This document shows positions 32,201 through 41,643 of a stretch of DNA of 64,000 bases, in pieces; within the stretch, counting starts at the first letter, position 1; every line of letters starts with the position of its first letter. Position numbers and translations under genes: made by a program. Below the pieces are notes generated by a model. It was not told the DNA's origin. It saw only the letters and a program-made list of their open reading frames with translations, and made no database searches. The DNA is from an uncultured delta proteobacterium (GTDB lineage Bacteria > Myxococcota_A > UBA9160 > SZUA-336). The stretch spans positions 96,001 to 160,000 of the forward strand of contig CAVPHD010000007.1 in NCBI GenBank assembly GCA_963704165.1. The letters are read 5' to 3'.

Positions 32201-32655
32201 TCCGCGCGCGCGAGGAAGTCACGCGCCTCGTCGAGCGATCCGTCGGGCGCGTCCGTTCCCGGCAGCAGCGGCACTCCGCAGCTGCGTGCGAGGTCGCGCG
32301 CGCGTGCCTTGTCGCCGAAGAGCTCGAGCACGTCCGGCCGCGGCCCGACGAAGCGGATTCCGGCTTCCGCGCAGCGCCGCGCGAAGGCGGCGTTCTCGGC
32401 CTGAAAGCCGTAGCCCGGGTGGATCGCGTCGCAGCCCGCTTCTCCGGCCAACGCGACGATCTGCGCGATGTCGAGGTAGGCGGCGGCACCGGTACCTCGG
32501 AGCGGTCGCGCTTCGTCCGCGCGTCGCGTGTGCAGCGAGCGAGCGTCGTCCTCGGAATGGACGGCGACCGTGTACAGGCCGAGCTCGGCGGCCGCTCGCG
32601 CCACGCGGATCGCGATCTCTCCCCGGTTGGCGATCAGAAGGCGCGTGACGGACAT
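29236..32655 (-). CDS. Single-chain biotin-dependent acyl-CoA carboxylase (BC-BCCP-CT), heavily frameshifted
   Basis: LIANRGEIA, IHPGYGF, ECSLQRRHQK, EANPRLQVEHTVTE, EAMKMEH biotin site, YDYTVLAGTQG, RKGYGLGAQAM and terminal RPCVDTW, spread over many frames. Confidence 0.85.
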
Positions 32656-32730
32656 GGGACTCCCCAAAGAGTCGGAAGTATCGCAGCTGCGGTAGGCTCA
32701 CGCGTCGTCGGGTTCGGGAGGGTGGAACGC

Positions 32731-33539
32731 ATGCAGGCACAGGCGGAGACGCGCGCCCACGTGGAGCGCATCGCGCGACAGGGCTACACGGTGCTCGAGC
32801 GCGCGATCGAGACCGATCTGATCGAGGAGCTCGACGAGGCTCTGCTCCGGCTGGAGCGCGAGCGAAGCGTGCGCCCGGCGATGAACGGCTTCGAAGGCCA
32901 TCGCACCGTGCGGATCTACAATCTGCTCGCGCACGCCCGCGTCTTCGAGCGAGTTCCCGTGCACCGCGCGGTGCTGCCGATCGTGGAGGGCGTGATCGGC
33001 GAAGGCTGTCTGGTCTCGTCGCTCTCGTCGATCGCGATCGATCCGGACGAGGTCGCGCAGCCGATCCACGCCGACGACCAGCTGATCCCGCTCGCAAAGC
33101 CCCACCACCCGATCATCTGCAACTCGATGTGGGCGCTCACCGACTTCACCGAGGCGAACGGCGCGACGCGTCTCGTACCGGGAAGTCATCGCCGCGAGAA
33201 CCCGAAATTCGGAACGACGTACGAGACGATCGCCGCCGTGATGCCGCGCGGCAGCGTGCTCGTCTGGGACGGCGCGCTCTGGCACGGCGGTGGTGCGAAT
33301 CGCACGCGTGCGCGCCGAACCGGAATCGCGATGAACTACTGCGCCGGCTTCATCCGCCAGCAGGAGAACCAGCAGCTCGGCGTTGCCGCTCGAAGTCGCT
33401 GCGCGCTTCGAGCCGAAGCTCCAGCGAGCTCTGCGGCTTTGGCGTCTACCGGGGCCTGATCGGACACATCGACAAGCGCAGCCCGCAGGAGCTGCTCGGC
33501 TCCGATGCGAGCTTCCGCTCGGTCTGGGAGCGGACCTAG
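32731..33539 (+). CDS. Phytanoyl-CoA dioxygenase (PhyH) family Fe(II)/2OG enzyme, two indels near 33380-33430
   Basis: QPIHADD (HxD), DFTEANGATRLVPGSH, LWHGGGAN, RQQENQ; C-terminus reassembles as PLEVAARFEPKLQ-ELCGFGVY. Confidence 0.88.
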
Positions 33540-34408
33540 GCGCGCGGTACGACGAGGCCGCCGCGGAGCGCAGTCTCGCCCGCGGCATTGCGCACCTCGA
33601 AGCGGATGGAGCCATCCGGCTCGGGCGCGAAGATCCGCACGCCCAGGTTCGAGGGCAGGGGCACCATCGCGGTGAAGCGGCCGGCGATGCGCGCGACGCG
33701 CTCGGGGTCGGAGCCGAGCATGCGATCGACGACCGCGCTCACCGCGAGCGCGAGCGTGGCCGTGCCGTGCAGGATGATTCCCGGCAGGCCCGCGCGGGCG
33801 GCGACCGCCGCGTCGGTGTGGATCGGATTCCAGATCCGCGCGCACTCCGTGTAGACGTGCGCGGCGGTCGCGGCGAGGGGGATCTCGATCTCGTCGAGCG
33901 GCATTCGATCGGGCGGGATCGGCGCGGGCGTGGCGGGCTCGTCGCCGAGCGCTCGATCCTCGCCGAGAACGGCGACGCCCCGGAAGAGCGAGCCATACCA
34001 GGTCGTGCAGACCGGCTCGCCGGAGAGGTCGCGCGTCTCGAGTCGGACGACCTGGAACGCGCCCGACGGCCGACGCTCGACCCGACTGATCCCGGCACGG
34101 GTCTCGAGCTCGACGCCCGCGCGCAGCGGACGGTGCAGCACGAGGTCGTGCGACGCGTGCACGCCGCGGACGCGTTCCTCCACCGAGAGTGCTTCGCCGA
34201 CGGGCAGGTGCCGGGTCGAAAGGAATGCCGGCCACTCGAAGCAGACCGGGAAGAGCGGGTGTGCGAGAACGTCGGGTCGGGCACGCGTATCGGTGTAGAG
34301 CGCGCGCGAATCGCCGAGCCCGGCCGCGAAGGCCATCGTCCAGCGCGCGTCCACGGCGCTCTGCATCGGCTCTCCGGAGATTCCGACGCTCTTGGAGTCG
34401 AGCGGCAC
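33536..34408 (-). CDS. MaoC/PaaZ-type double hotdog dehydratase
   Basis: GVHASHDL..HRPL and WNPIHTD..AGLPGIILHGTA motifs. Confidence 0.85.
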   Translation of the reverse strand: MPLDSKSVGISGEPMQSAVDARWTMAFAAGLGDSRALYTDTRARPDVLAHPLFPVCFEWPAFLSTRHLPVGEALSVEERVRGVHASHDLVLHRPLRAGVELETRAGISRVERRPSGAFQVVRLETRDLSGEPVCTTWYGSLFRGVAVLGEDRALGDEPATPAPIPPDRMPLDEIEIPLAATAAHVYTECARIWNPIHTDAAVAARAGLPGIILHGTATLALAVSAVVDRMLGSDPERVARIAGRFTAMVPLPSNLGVRIFAPEPDGSIRFEVRNAAGETALRGGLVVPRA

Positions 34409-34454
34409 GACGCGATTCTAGCGTAGACTCGCACCTCCCTGTGGAGGAGCCCCC

Positions 34455-35579
34455 GTGCACACCGAGCTCTGCGAAAGACTGGGCATCGAGTTCCCGATCT
34501 TCGCGTTCAGTCACTGTCGCGACGTCGTCGCCGCCGTCTCGCAGGCGGGTGGATTCGGGGTCCTGGGCGCGGTCGGCTTCACGCCCGAACAGCTCGAGAT
34601 CGAGTGCCGCTGGATCGACGAGCACATCGGCGATCGCCCCTATGGCGTCGATCTCGTCATCCCGCAGAAGTACGAAGGGCAGGGCGAGCTCGACGCCGGA
34701 AAGCTCGAGGAGCATCTGCGCTCGCTGATTCCGGCCCGCCACCGCGAGTTCGTCGCGAAGCTGCTCGCCGACCACGGTGTGCCGGAGCTGCCACCCGAGA
34801 GCAGCTCGCGCGAGCTGCTCGGCTGGACGGGCGCCACCGCCGCACCGCAGCTCGAGGTGGCGCTGAAGCACGAAAAGGTCCGGCTGATCGCGAACGCGTT
34901 GGGCACGCCGCCGAGCGACGTGATCGAGCAGGTGCATCGCAGCGGTCGCCTCGTCGCCGCGCTCTGCGGGCGCGTGCATCAGGCCATCCGGCACGCCGAG
35001 GCGGGCGTCGACATCGTGATCGCGCAGGGCTCCGAGGGCGGCGGGCACACCGGCGACATCAGCAGCCTCGTGCTCTGGCCGCAGGTGATCCAAGCCGTGG
35101 CGCCCGTGCCGGTGCTCGCGGCGGGGGGAATCGGCACGGGATCCCAGATCGCCGCGGCGCTCGCGATCGGCGCGCAGGGAGTCTGGACCGGCTCGATCTG
35201 GCTTGCGGTCGAGGAGGCCGAAGCGCAGCCCGCCCAGATCGATTCGTATCTGCACGCGAGCAGCGAGGACACCGTCCGCTCGCGTTCGTGGACCGGCAAG
35301 CCGTGCCGGATGCTGCGAAACGACTGGACCGAGGCCTGGGAGAAGGAGGATGCGCCCAAGCCCCTCGGCATGCCGCTGCAGGGGATGGTCACGATGAACG
35401 CGATCGCACGCACCGGCCGTTACGGCTCGTCGCCGCAGGCTCAGGCCGTCGCCTTCAGCCCCGTCGGCCAGACGGTCGGCTTGATGAAGGAGGTGGTCTC
35501 CTGCCGCGAGCTGATCTACGGGATGGTCGAGGGGTACGTCGAAGCAGCCGAGCGGCTCGCAGCCCTGCAGCCGCGCTGA
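34455..35579 (+). CDS. Nitronate monooxygenase/FabK-like FMN oxidoreductase
   Basis: PIFAFSHCRDVVAAVS, AQGSEGGGHTG and VLAAGGIG motifs. Confidence 0.9.
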   Translation: MHTELCERLGIEFPIFAFSHCRDVVAAVSQAGGFGVLGAVGFTPEQLEIECRWIDEHIGDRPYGVDLVIPQKYEGQGELDAGKLEEHLRSLIPARHREFVAKLLADHGVPELPPESSSRELLGWTGATAAPQLEVALKHEKVRLIANALGTPPSDVIEQVHRSGRLVAALCGRVHQAIRHAEAGVDIVIAQGSEGGGHTGDISSLVLWPQVIQAVAPVPVLAAGGIGTGSQIAAALAIGAQGVWTGSIWLAVEEAEAQPAQIDSYLHASSEDTVRSRSWTGKPCRMLRNDWTEAWEKEDAPKPLGMPLQGMVTMNAIARTGRYGSSPQAQAVAFSPVGQTVGLMKEVVSCRELIYGMVEGYVEAAERLAALQPR

Positions 35580-35601
35580 ACCCAGGAGAGGAGAGGCGGT
35601 C

Positions 35602-36444
35602 ATGGCGATACTCGAGAGCGAGCTGCACGAGGCGCGCAACTGGTCCGCCGACGCCAAGGGTTCGATCCACGACGACGCCACGGCGGGCAAGCTCGGATTC
35701 CGCGGCGGAACGGTCGCGGGGAGCATCCACATGGACCAGTTCCCACCCGTCCTGCTGCGGAGTTTCGGGACTCGCTTCTTCCAGGACGGTGCGCTCTCGC
35801 TCTACTTCCTGAACGCGACCACGGATCGCGAGCCGGTCCGTGTCTACGCCGAGGAGCCGAGCGGTGGCGCGACGCAGGTTCGCGTGTGGATGAAGCGCGA
35901 AGACGGGCTCGACGTTTCCGAGGGGACCGCGTCCATCGGCGACGCCTCGAAGTCGGCGCTCCGCACGCGGGATCTCCGCGCGTGCGATCCGAGCGAGCTG
36001 CGAATACTCCGGGAGTTGCCGGCGGGAATGCAGCTCGGCGCGACGCAGGTCCGGCTCGGAACGGAGCGCCAGCGCGAGCGCATCGAGCGCGGGTTGTGCA
36101 GCGGACCGCTCGACTGGTACACGGGGCCGTCCCCGTTCGGGGGTCCGATCGCCGCACCGTCGGCGCTCGTCGAGCTGCTCTGGGCTCCGCCGACGAAGGC
36201 GCTCGGCGCCCACACGGGAAAGGCGGTCGGGCTCTTCGGCGCGATCGAGGTCGCGCACCTCGATGGCCCGGTCTTCCTCGACGAGACCTACACCGTGACG
36301 GGTCAGGTCGAGGCGGTCGGTCAGAGTCCGAAGACCGAGTACCTGTGGTTCGATTCGCTTGCGAGCGATGCCGGCGGACGTGCCGTCGCGAGCATGCGCA
36401 TGCTGCTTCGCTTCATGAAGGCCTCGTCTCCGCTCTACGCGTAG
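35602..36444 (+). CDS. Conserved hypothetical protein, probable double hotdog fold
   Basis: SIHDDATAGKLGFRGGTVAG (MaoC-like motif) and VGLFGAIEV..GPV; SD GGAGAGG. Confidence 0.65.
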   Translation: MAILESELHEARNWSADAKGSIHDDATAGKLGFRGGTVAGSIHMDQFPPVLLRSFGTRFFQDGALSLYFLNATTDREPVRVYAEEPSGGATQVRVWMKREDGLDVSEGTASIGDASKSALRTRDLRACDPSELRILRELPAGMQLGATQVRLGTERQRERIERGLCSGPLDWYTGPSPFGGPIAAPSALVELLWAPPTKALGAHTGKAVGLFGAIEVAHLDGPVFLDETYTVTGQVEAVGQSPKTEYLWFDSLASDAGGRAVASMRMLLRFMKASSPLYA

Positions 36445-36596
36445 CGGCTCGCGAGTGCGCATGAGGCGCGGCTGTCCGCAGGCGCGCACGTCCGGGCGGC
36501 GTTCTCCCGCCGCCGGAGGTCGCCCCTCTGTCCGACCCGAGGGCGCTCGGTAATCTCTCGCGCCCTCGGTGTCGATCCGCTCGCCTGGAGACCTTC

Positions 36597-38345
36597 ATGA
36601 CGGCCAAGCTTCGCGCATTCCTTCGGGACTTCTGGACCCTGGCAGCTCCGTACTGGAGCTCGGAGGAACGTTGGAAGGCGCGCGGGTTGCTCCTCGTCGT
36701 CGTCGCGTTGAGCCTCGGTCAGGTCTACCTGCTCGTGCAGTTCAATACCTGGAACCGCGACTTCTTCGATGCGCTGCAGCAGTACGATCAGGCCGCCTTC
36801 GGCCCGCTCTTGCTGCGATTCGCGATCCTCGCCGCGATCTTCATCGCGGCGGCCGTCTACGGCCTCTACCTGCAGCAGATGCTGCAGATCCAGTGGCGCC
36901 GCTGGCTCACCGAACGCTACGTCGGTGAATGGCTCGAAGAGCGCGCCTACTACCGGATGCGGCTCGTCGACGTCGGCACCGACAACCCGGACCAGCGCAT
37001 CTCGGACGACCTCCGGCTCTTCGTCGAGCAGAGCCTCGGGCTCTCGCTCGGGCTCTTGCGCCAGGTCGTCACGCTCGCTTCGTTCGTCGCGATTCTCTGG
37101 GGTCTCTCGGGGGCGTTCGCCTTCAGCGTGGCGGGCGTCTCGATTTCTTTGCCCGGTTACATGGTCTGGGCGGCGCTCGCCTACGCGATCGCCGGAACCT
37201 GGCTGACGCACTGGATCGGGAAGCCGCTTCCGCGACTCAACTTCAATCAGCAGCGCTTCGAGGCGGACTTCCGCTTCAGCCTGGTTCGCGTGCGGGAGAG
37301 CTCGGAGGCGATTGCCCTCTATGGCGGGGAGGGCGACGAGGCGCGGCGGCTCTCGGATCGCTTCGGGGACGTGTGGCGGAACTGGTGGGAGATCATGCGC
37401 AGGCAGAAGCGCCTGCGGACGTTCACCGTCGGGTTCGACCAGGCGGCGGTGCTGTTCCCGTACCTGACCGCAGCGCCACGTTACTTCGCGAAGGAGATCA
37501 CCTTCGGCGCTCTCACGCAGACGGCGAATGCGTTCGGCCGCGTCCAGGACGCGCTCTCGTTCTTCGTCGCGGCGTACATCGAGATCGCGGACTGGAAGGC
37601 CACCGTCGATCGTCTGATCACGTTCCGCGGAGCGATCTCGGCGATGCACGCGCAGGCCCGCGAGGGAAGCGGGATCGAGGTCGCTCCGGGGGAGTCCGAC
37701 GGCGTCGTTCTGCAGGGACTGACGCTCGCGTTGCCCGGCGGCGACACGCTCCTGCGCGGCGCCGAGGCGAAGCTCGAGCGCGGCGAGCCGGTGCTCGTGA
37801 CCGGACCGTCGGGAAGCGGGAAGAGCACGCTCTTCCGCGCGCTCGCGGGGATCTGGCCCTTCGGCAGCGGGCGTGTCGAACGACCCGACACCGCGAAGTG
37901 TCTCTTCCTTCCCCAGAAGCCCTACCTGCCGATCGGCAGCTTGCGGGGCGCCGTGTCCTATCCGTCTCCCGAAGGAACCTTCCCCGACACCGAGGTCGGA
38001 CGCTGGCTCGCGGAATGCCGGCTGATCCACCTCGTAGAGAAGCTCGACGAGCACGACCATTGGGAGCAGCGGCTCTCGCCGGGCGAGCAGCAGCGGCTCG
38101 CGTTCGCGCGCGTCTTCCTGCAGAAGCCGCAATGGCTCTTCCTCGACGAGGCGACCTCGGCCCTCGACGCCGAGAACGAGAAGCACCTGTACGCGCTCGT
38201 TGCGAGCGAGTTGCCGGCGACCACGATCGTCAGCATCGGGCACCGCGCCGCGATCGAGCGCTTCCACCGCCGGAGGCTCCACCTCGGCGGAGACGGCGAG
38301 CTCCGTGCTCTTCCTCTCGCAGAGGCAGCTGCGCCCGCAAGCTAG
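36597..38345 (+). CDS. ABC transporter, fused permease/ATPase (YddA/BacA, ABCD-like)
   Basis: [48 protein letters not shown] and SIGHR motifs. Confidence 0.92.
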   Translation: MTAKLRAFLRDFWTLAAPYWSSEERWKARGLLLVVVALSLGQVYLLVQFNTWNRDFFDALQQYDQAAFGPLLLRFAILAAIFIAAAVYGLYLQQMLQIQWRRWLTERYVGEWLEERAYYRMRLVDVGTDNPDQRISDDLRLFVEQSLGLSLGLLRQVVTLASFVAILWGLSGAFAFSVAGVSISLPGYMVWAALAYAIAGTWLTHWIGKPLPRLNFNQQRFEADFRFSLVRVRESSEAIALYGGEGDEARRLSDRFGDVWRNWWEIMRRQKRLRTFTVGFDQAAVLFPYLTAAPRYFAKEITFGALTQTANAFGRVQDALSFFVAAYIEIADWKATVDRLITFRGAISAMHAQAREGSGIEVAPGESDGVVLQGLTLALPGGDTLLRGAEAKLERGEPVLVTGPSGSGKSTLFRALAGIWPFGSGRVERPDTAKCLFLPQKPYLPIGSLRGAVSYPSPEGTFPDTEVGRWLAECRLIHLVEKLDEHDHWEQRLSPGEQQRLAFARVFLQKPQWLFLDEATSALDAENEKHLYALVASELPATTIVSIGHRAAIERFHRRRLHLGGDGELRALPLAEAAAPAS

Positions 38346-38504
38346 CCGGATTCGATCGAGTTCGGGTGCAACCTGGGGTCTCGAACGCAACTCTTCGATT
38401 TTTCAGGGTTTCTGCCGGGACGAGGGTTGATCGGGCGGCCCCGCACGTGTTAGACTTTTGCCGCAGACGAGGCTCTTCCTACCGAACTCGAGGTTCAATC
38501 CCAG

Positions 38505-39182
38505 ATGCGCACACGGGTTTCGAAAGCTCTGATCGCGTTGGCCTGCATCGTCGCGTTCGCGGGCCTCTCCGGGAACGCCGCGGCCGGGCCGGTCGGAAGC
38601 GTCGGAGACAGCTTCTCGGTCGTATTCGGCGGGAACATCGGCGGCGTCGACGTGCCCGGTCTCTCGACCTCGGCCGTCTTCGATGTCGCCTCGATCTCGA
38701 ACCGGACGATGGTGCTCGACGTCACCCTGACGAATACCTCCACGGTGCTCTGGGAGACGGCCCGCGTCAGCGCCTTCGGCTTCAACACCAACCCCGAAAT
38801 CGCGAGCGCCTCGGTCAGCAGCAGCGTATTCGGAAACGTGAACCTCGGTGGCCACTTCCCGAACGGCTTCGGCTCGGTCGACCTGTGCGTGATCAACAAC
38901 CGAAACAACTGCACCGGCGGCGGCGGCGGCGGACTCGGAAGGGGCCAATCCACGACCGTCCGGTTGACCTTGAACTTCCACAACCCCGTCACCACCGTGG
39001 AGCTCGACAACTTCGGCGTCCGCTACCAGAGCCTGACTTCGAGCGCGCTCGGCTTCTCGGGTGCCTCGGGGACGGGCCGGCCCAGCAACCCGATTCCGGA
39101 GCCTCGCTCGACGGTGTTGTTCCTGGTCGGCGGCCTCGTCGTCGCGGGTCTGATCCGCAAGCAGGTTGTGGCGGCTCGCTAG
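38505..39182 (+). CDS. PEP-CTERM protein (resembles cistern family)
   Basis: Signal peptide, Gly/Ser/Asn-rich body with RVSAFGFN, C..C-GGGG and RYQSL; C-terminal IPEP + TM helix + RK. Confidence 0.8.
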   Translation: MRTRVSKALIALACIVAFAGLSGNAAAGPVGSVGDSFSVVFGGNIGGVDVPGLSTSAVFDVASISNRTMVLDVTLTNTSTVLWETARVSAFGFNTNPEIASASVSSSVFGNVNLGGHFPNGFGSVDLCVINNRNNCTGGGGGGLGRGQSTTVRLTLNFHNPVTTVELDNFGVRYQSLTSSALGFSGASGTGRPSNPIPEPRSTVLFLVGGLVVAGLIRKQVVAAR

Positions 39183-39280
39183 CCCGGGCGTAGACTCGGG
39201 GTCGAGATGACGCTCGACCCGGCGGGATTCGACACCGGCATTCGCGAAGCGGGCTTCCCCCGCGTCATCGAGGCGCGCGT

Positions 39281-40057
39281 CTGATTCCCGGCGCGAAGAC
39301 GCCGCCGCGCTGCCAGATCGTCGTGCCTTGCTACAACGAGGCGGCGCGGCTGGATCTTGCCGCGTTCCGGAGCTTCGTGGCCCGCGATCCCACGGTCTCT
39401 TTCGTTTTCGTGAACGACGGCAGCAGCGACGCGACGCTCGCGCGCTTGCGCGAGCTCGAGACCACGGATCGCGCGTCGTTCTCGGTCGTCGATCTCCCCC
39501 GCAACGTCGGCAAGGCCGAGGCCGTCCGTGCGGGCCTGGGCGTCGCCTTCAAGTCGAGCGCCGATTTCGTCGGCTACTGGGATGCCGACCTTGCGACGCC
39601 TCTCGACGAGATCCCCCGATTCGTCGAGGTGCTCGAGCGATTTCCGGGAATCGAGATGGTCTTCGGCGCGCGGGTGCAGCTTCTGGGCCGGACCGTGCGG
39701 CGGAGCAGCGTCCGGCACTACCTGGGTCGCGTCTTCGCGACCGCGGTTTCGCACGTGATCGGTCTGGCGATCTACGACACGCAGTGCGGAGCGAAGCTGA
39801 TGCGCCGGACCCCCGAGCTCGCCGCTCTCTTCGACGAGAAGTTCTCCGTCGACTGGACCTTCGACGTGGAGATCCTGGCGCGGCTGATCCGATCGCGGCG
39901 CGACGGGTTGCGCACGAAGGCCTCGGAAGCCGTCTACGAGTTGCCGCTGGAGCGCTGGCACGACGTCGCCGGCTCGAAGGTGCGGGCTCTCGATTTCTTC
40001 GTCGCGTTCTTCGAGATCGCGAAGATCTGGTACAGATACCGCGGGAGGAGCGAGTGA
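39281..40057 (+). CDS. Family 2 glycosyltransferase (polyprenyl-phosphate glycosyltransferase-like); start uncertain
   Basis: IVVPCYNE, VNDGSSD, GKAEAVR, WDADLAT, DTQCGAK and FDVEI motifs. Confidence 0.9.
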   Translation: MIPGAKTPPRCQIVVPCYNEAARLDLAAFRSFVARDPTVSFVFVNDGSSDATLARLRELETTDRASFSVVDLPRNVGKAEAVRAGLGVAFKSSADFVGYWDADLATPLDEIPRFVEVLERFPGIEMVFGARVQLLGRTVRRSSVRHYLGRVFATAVSHVIGLAIYDTQCGAKLMRRTPELAALFDEKFSVDWTFDVEILARLIRSRRDGLRTKASEAVYELPLERWHDVAGSKVRALDFFVAFFEIAKIWYRYRGRSE

Positions 40058-41574
40058 GTCGTCGCACATCGAGACCACCGGTCTTCGGGCGCTTCCGCGA
40101 GCCACCGGTCGCGCGCGTTCGCGAGCTGCTCGCGAAGATGGTCGGGCTGCGTGTCGTCGTCGTCGGCGACGCGACCCTCGATGCCTACATCGTCGGCGAG
40201 GTCGAGCGGATCTCCCCGGAGGCTCCCGTACCGGTTCTCGCGGTCGAGCGCGAGGAGTTCATGCTCGGAGGCGCGGCCAACGTCGCGAAGTGTCTGGTCG
40301 CGCTCGGAGCCCGAGCGGGACTGTGTACGGTCATCGGCGACGACGCGGACGGTTCGATCTTCCGCCGCGAGGCCTCGAACCTGGGCATCGCGCAGGTCGG
40401 TATCCTCGCCGATCGCGCGCGCCTCACCACGCGCAAGACGCGCATCGTCGCGCGCCACCAGCAGGTCATCCGGTTGGACCGCGAGACCGTTGCGCCAATC
40501 TCGGCCGCCGTCGAGAAGCGCCTCCGCGCACGGGTCGCTTCGGCGGTTCGCGCGGCCGATGCGCTGATCCTTTCCGACTACGCGAAGGGCGTGCTGACGC
40601 CAGCCGTCTGCCGCGAAGCGATCGCTGCGGCCGGCCGAAAGCCGGTAGTCGTCGATCCGAAGAATCTGCCGTGGGAGGCGTTCCGCGGGGCCACGGTGAT
40701 GAAACCGAATCTGCGCGAAGCCGAATTCTACGCCGGCGCCCCCCTCGCGAATGCGGAGGACGCGTCCGCGGCGGCGCTGCGAATGACGAAGGAGCTCGGC
40801 ATCGATCACGCGCTGATCACGCGCGGGCAGGCGGGCATGCTGCTGGCGAGTTCAACGCGCGACGAGGGCGCATGGCTGCTCCAGATCCCCGCGCGCCGAC
40901 GGGAGCTGGTCGATGTGACGGGAGCCGGTGACGTCGTGGCGGCGAGCGTCGCGCTCGCGCTCGCGGCCGGAGCCGAGATCGACGAGGCGGCCTGGCTCGC
41001 GAACGTCGCCGCGGGTGTGAAGGTCGGGAAGTTCGGCGCGGCCACGGTCACGGGGCAGGAGATCCTCGCCGAGCTCGGCGCGAAGAGCGCGCGCTCGCAC
41101 GAGAAGGTCGTCGTGCGCGATCAGGCCGCGGAGCTCGCCGAGAAACTCAGGGCGCAGGGGCGAACGGTCGTGTTCACGAACGGCTGTTTCGACATCCTCC
41201 ACCTCGGCCACGTCCGCTACTTGGAGCGCTCGCGCGCGCTCGGCGAGGCGCTGATCGTCGGCGTCAACACGGATGCCTCCGTCCGGCGATTGAAGGGACC
41301 GGGACGACCGCTGCAGAGCGAACACGACCGGGCGCAGATCCTCGCGTCGCTGGAGTGTGTCGACGCGGTCGTGCTCTTCGACGAGGACACGCCGCTCGAG
41401 CTGATTCGCGCGGTGCGCCCGGGGGTGCTGACGAAGGGCGCCGACTACAAGAGCAAGCGCGACGTGGTCGGCTGGGACGAAGTCCAGGCCTGGGGCGGCC
41501 GCGTCGAGCTCGTCGAGCTCGTCGAGGGGCGATCGACCACGACCCTGGTCTCGAAGGCGCGCCGCCAGAGGTGA
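40054..41574 (+). CDS. hldE: Bifunctional ADP-heptose synthase (kinase/adenylyltransferase)
   Basis: RISPEAPVP, GGAANVA, DVTGAGD, FTNGCFDILHLGH and KGADY motifs; GTG 40054 overlaps the GT stop. Confidence 0.95.
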   Translation: MSRRTSRPPVFGRFREPPVARVRELLAKMVGLRVVVVGDATLDAYIVGEVERISPEAPVPVLAVEREEFMLGGAANVAKCLVALGARAGLCTVIGDDADGSIFRREASNLGIAQVGILADRARLTTRKTRIVARHQQVIRLDRETVAPISAAVEKRLRARVASAVRAADALILSDYAKGVLTPAVCREAIAAAGRKPVVVDPKNLPWEAFRGATVMKPNLREAEFYAGAPLANAEDASAAALRMTKELGIDHALITRGQAGMLLASSTRDEGAWLLQIPARRRELVDVTGAGDVVAASVALALAAGAEIDEAAWLANVAAGVKVGKFGAATVTGQEILAELGAKSARSHEKVVVRDQAAELAEKLRAQGRTVVFTNGCFDILHLGHVRYLERSRALGEALIVGVNTDASVRRLKGPGRPLQSEHDRAQILASLECVDAVVLFDEDTPLELIRAVRPGVLTKGADYKSKRDVVGWDEVQAWGGRVELVELVEGRSTTTLVSKARRQR

Positions 41575-41607
41575 GCGCCCGGTCCGACCGCTGCCGCGGG
41601 GGCCGGT

Positions 41608-41636
41608 TTGCAATTATTCGATCGATCGAATAATTT
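41608..41636 (+). promoter_or_regulatory. Promoter with embedded 24-bp palindromic operator
   Basis: TTGCAA-N17-TAATTT; perfect palindrome AATTATTCGATCGATCGAATAATT at 41612-41635. Confidence 0.8.
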
Positions 41637-41643
41637 AGAGCCC

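Noticed and set aside
38440..38470. PrsR enhancer/sigma54 promoter expected before a PEP-CTERM gene
   Set aside because: TGTTAGACTTTTGCCGCA does not fit TGT-N11-ACA, and no TGGCAC-N-TTGC element was found.
39214..39242. GACCCGGCGGGATTCGACACC resembles the reverse complement of a tRNA T-arm
   Set aside because: T-loop is non-canonical (GGTGTCGAATCCC); no CCA, acceptor stem or rest of the cloverleaf.
14219..39300. Genomic island integrated at the tmRNA 3' end; ATTCCCGGCGC recurs near 39284
   Set aside because: Only an 11-nt GC-rich match without the CTCCACCA end; no integrase or mobile genes and no obvious composition shift.
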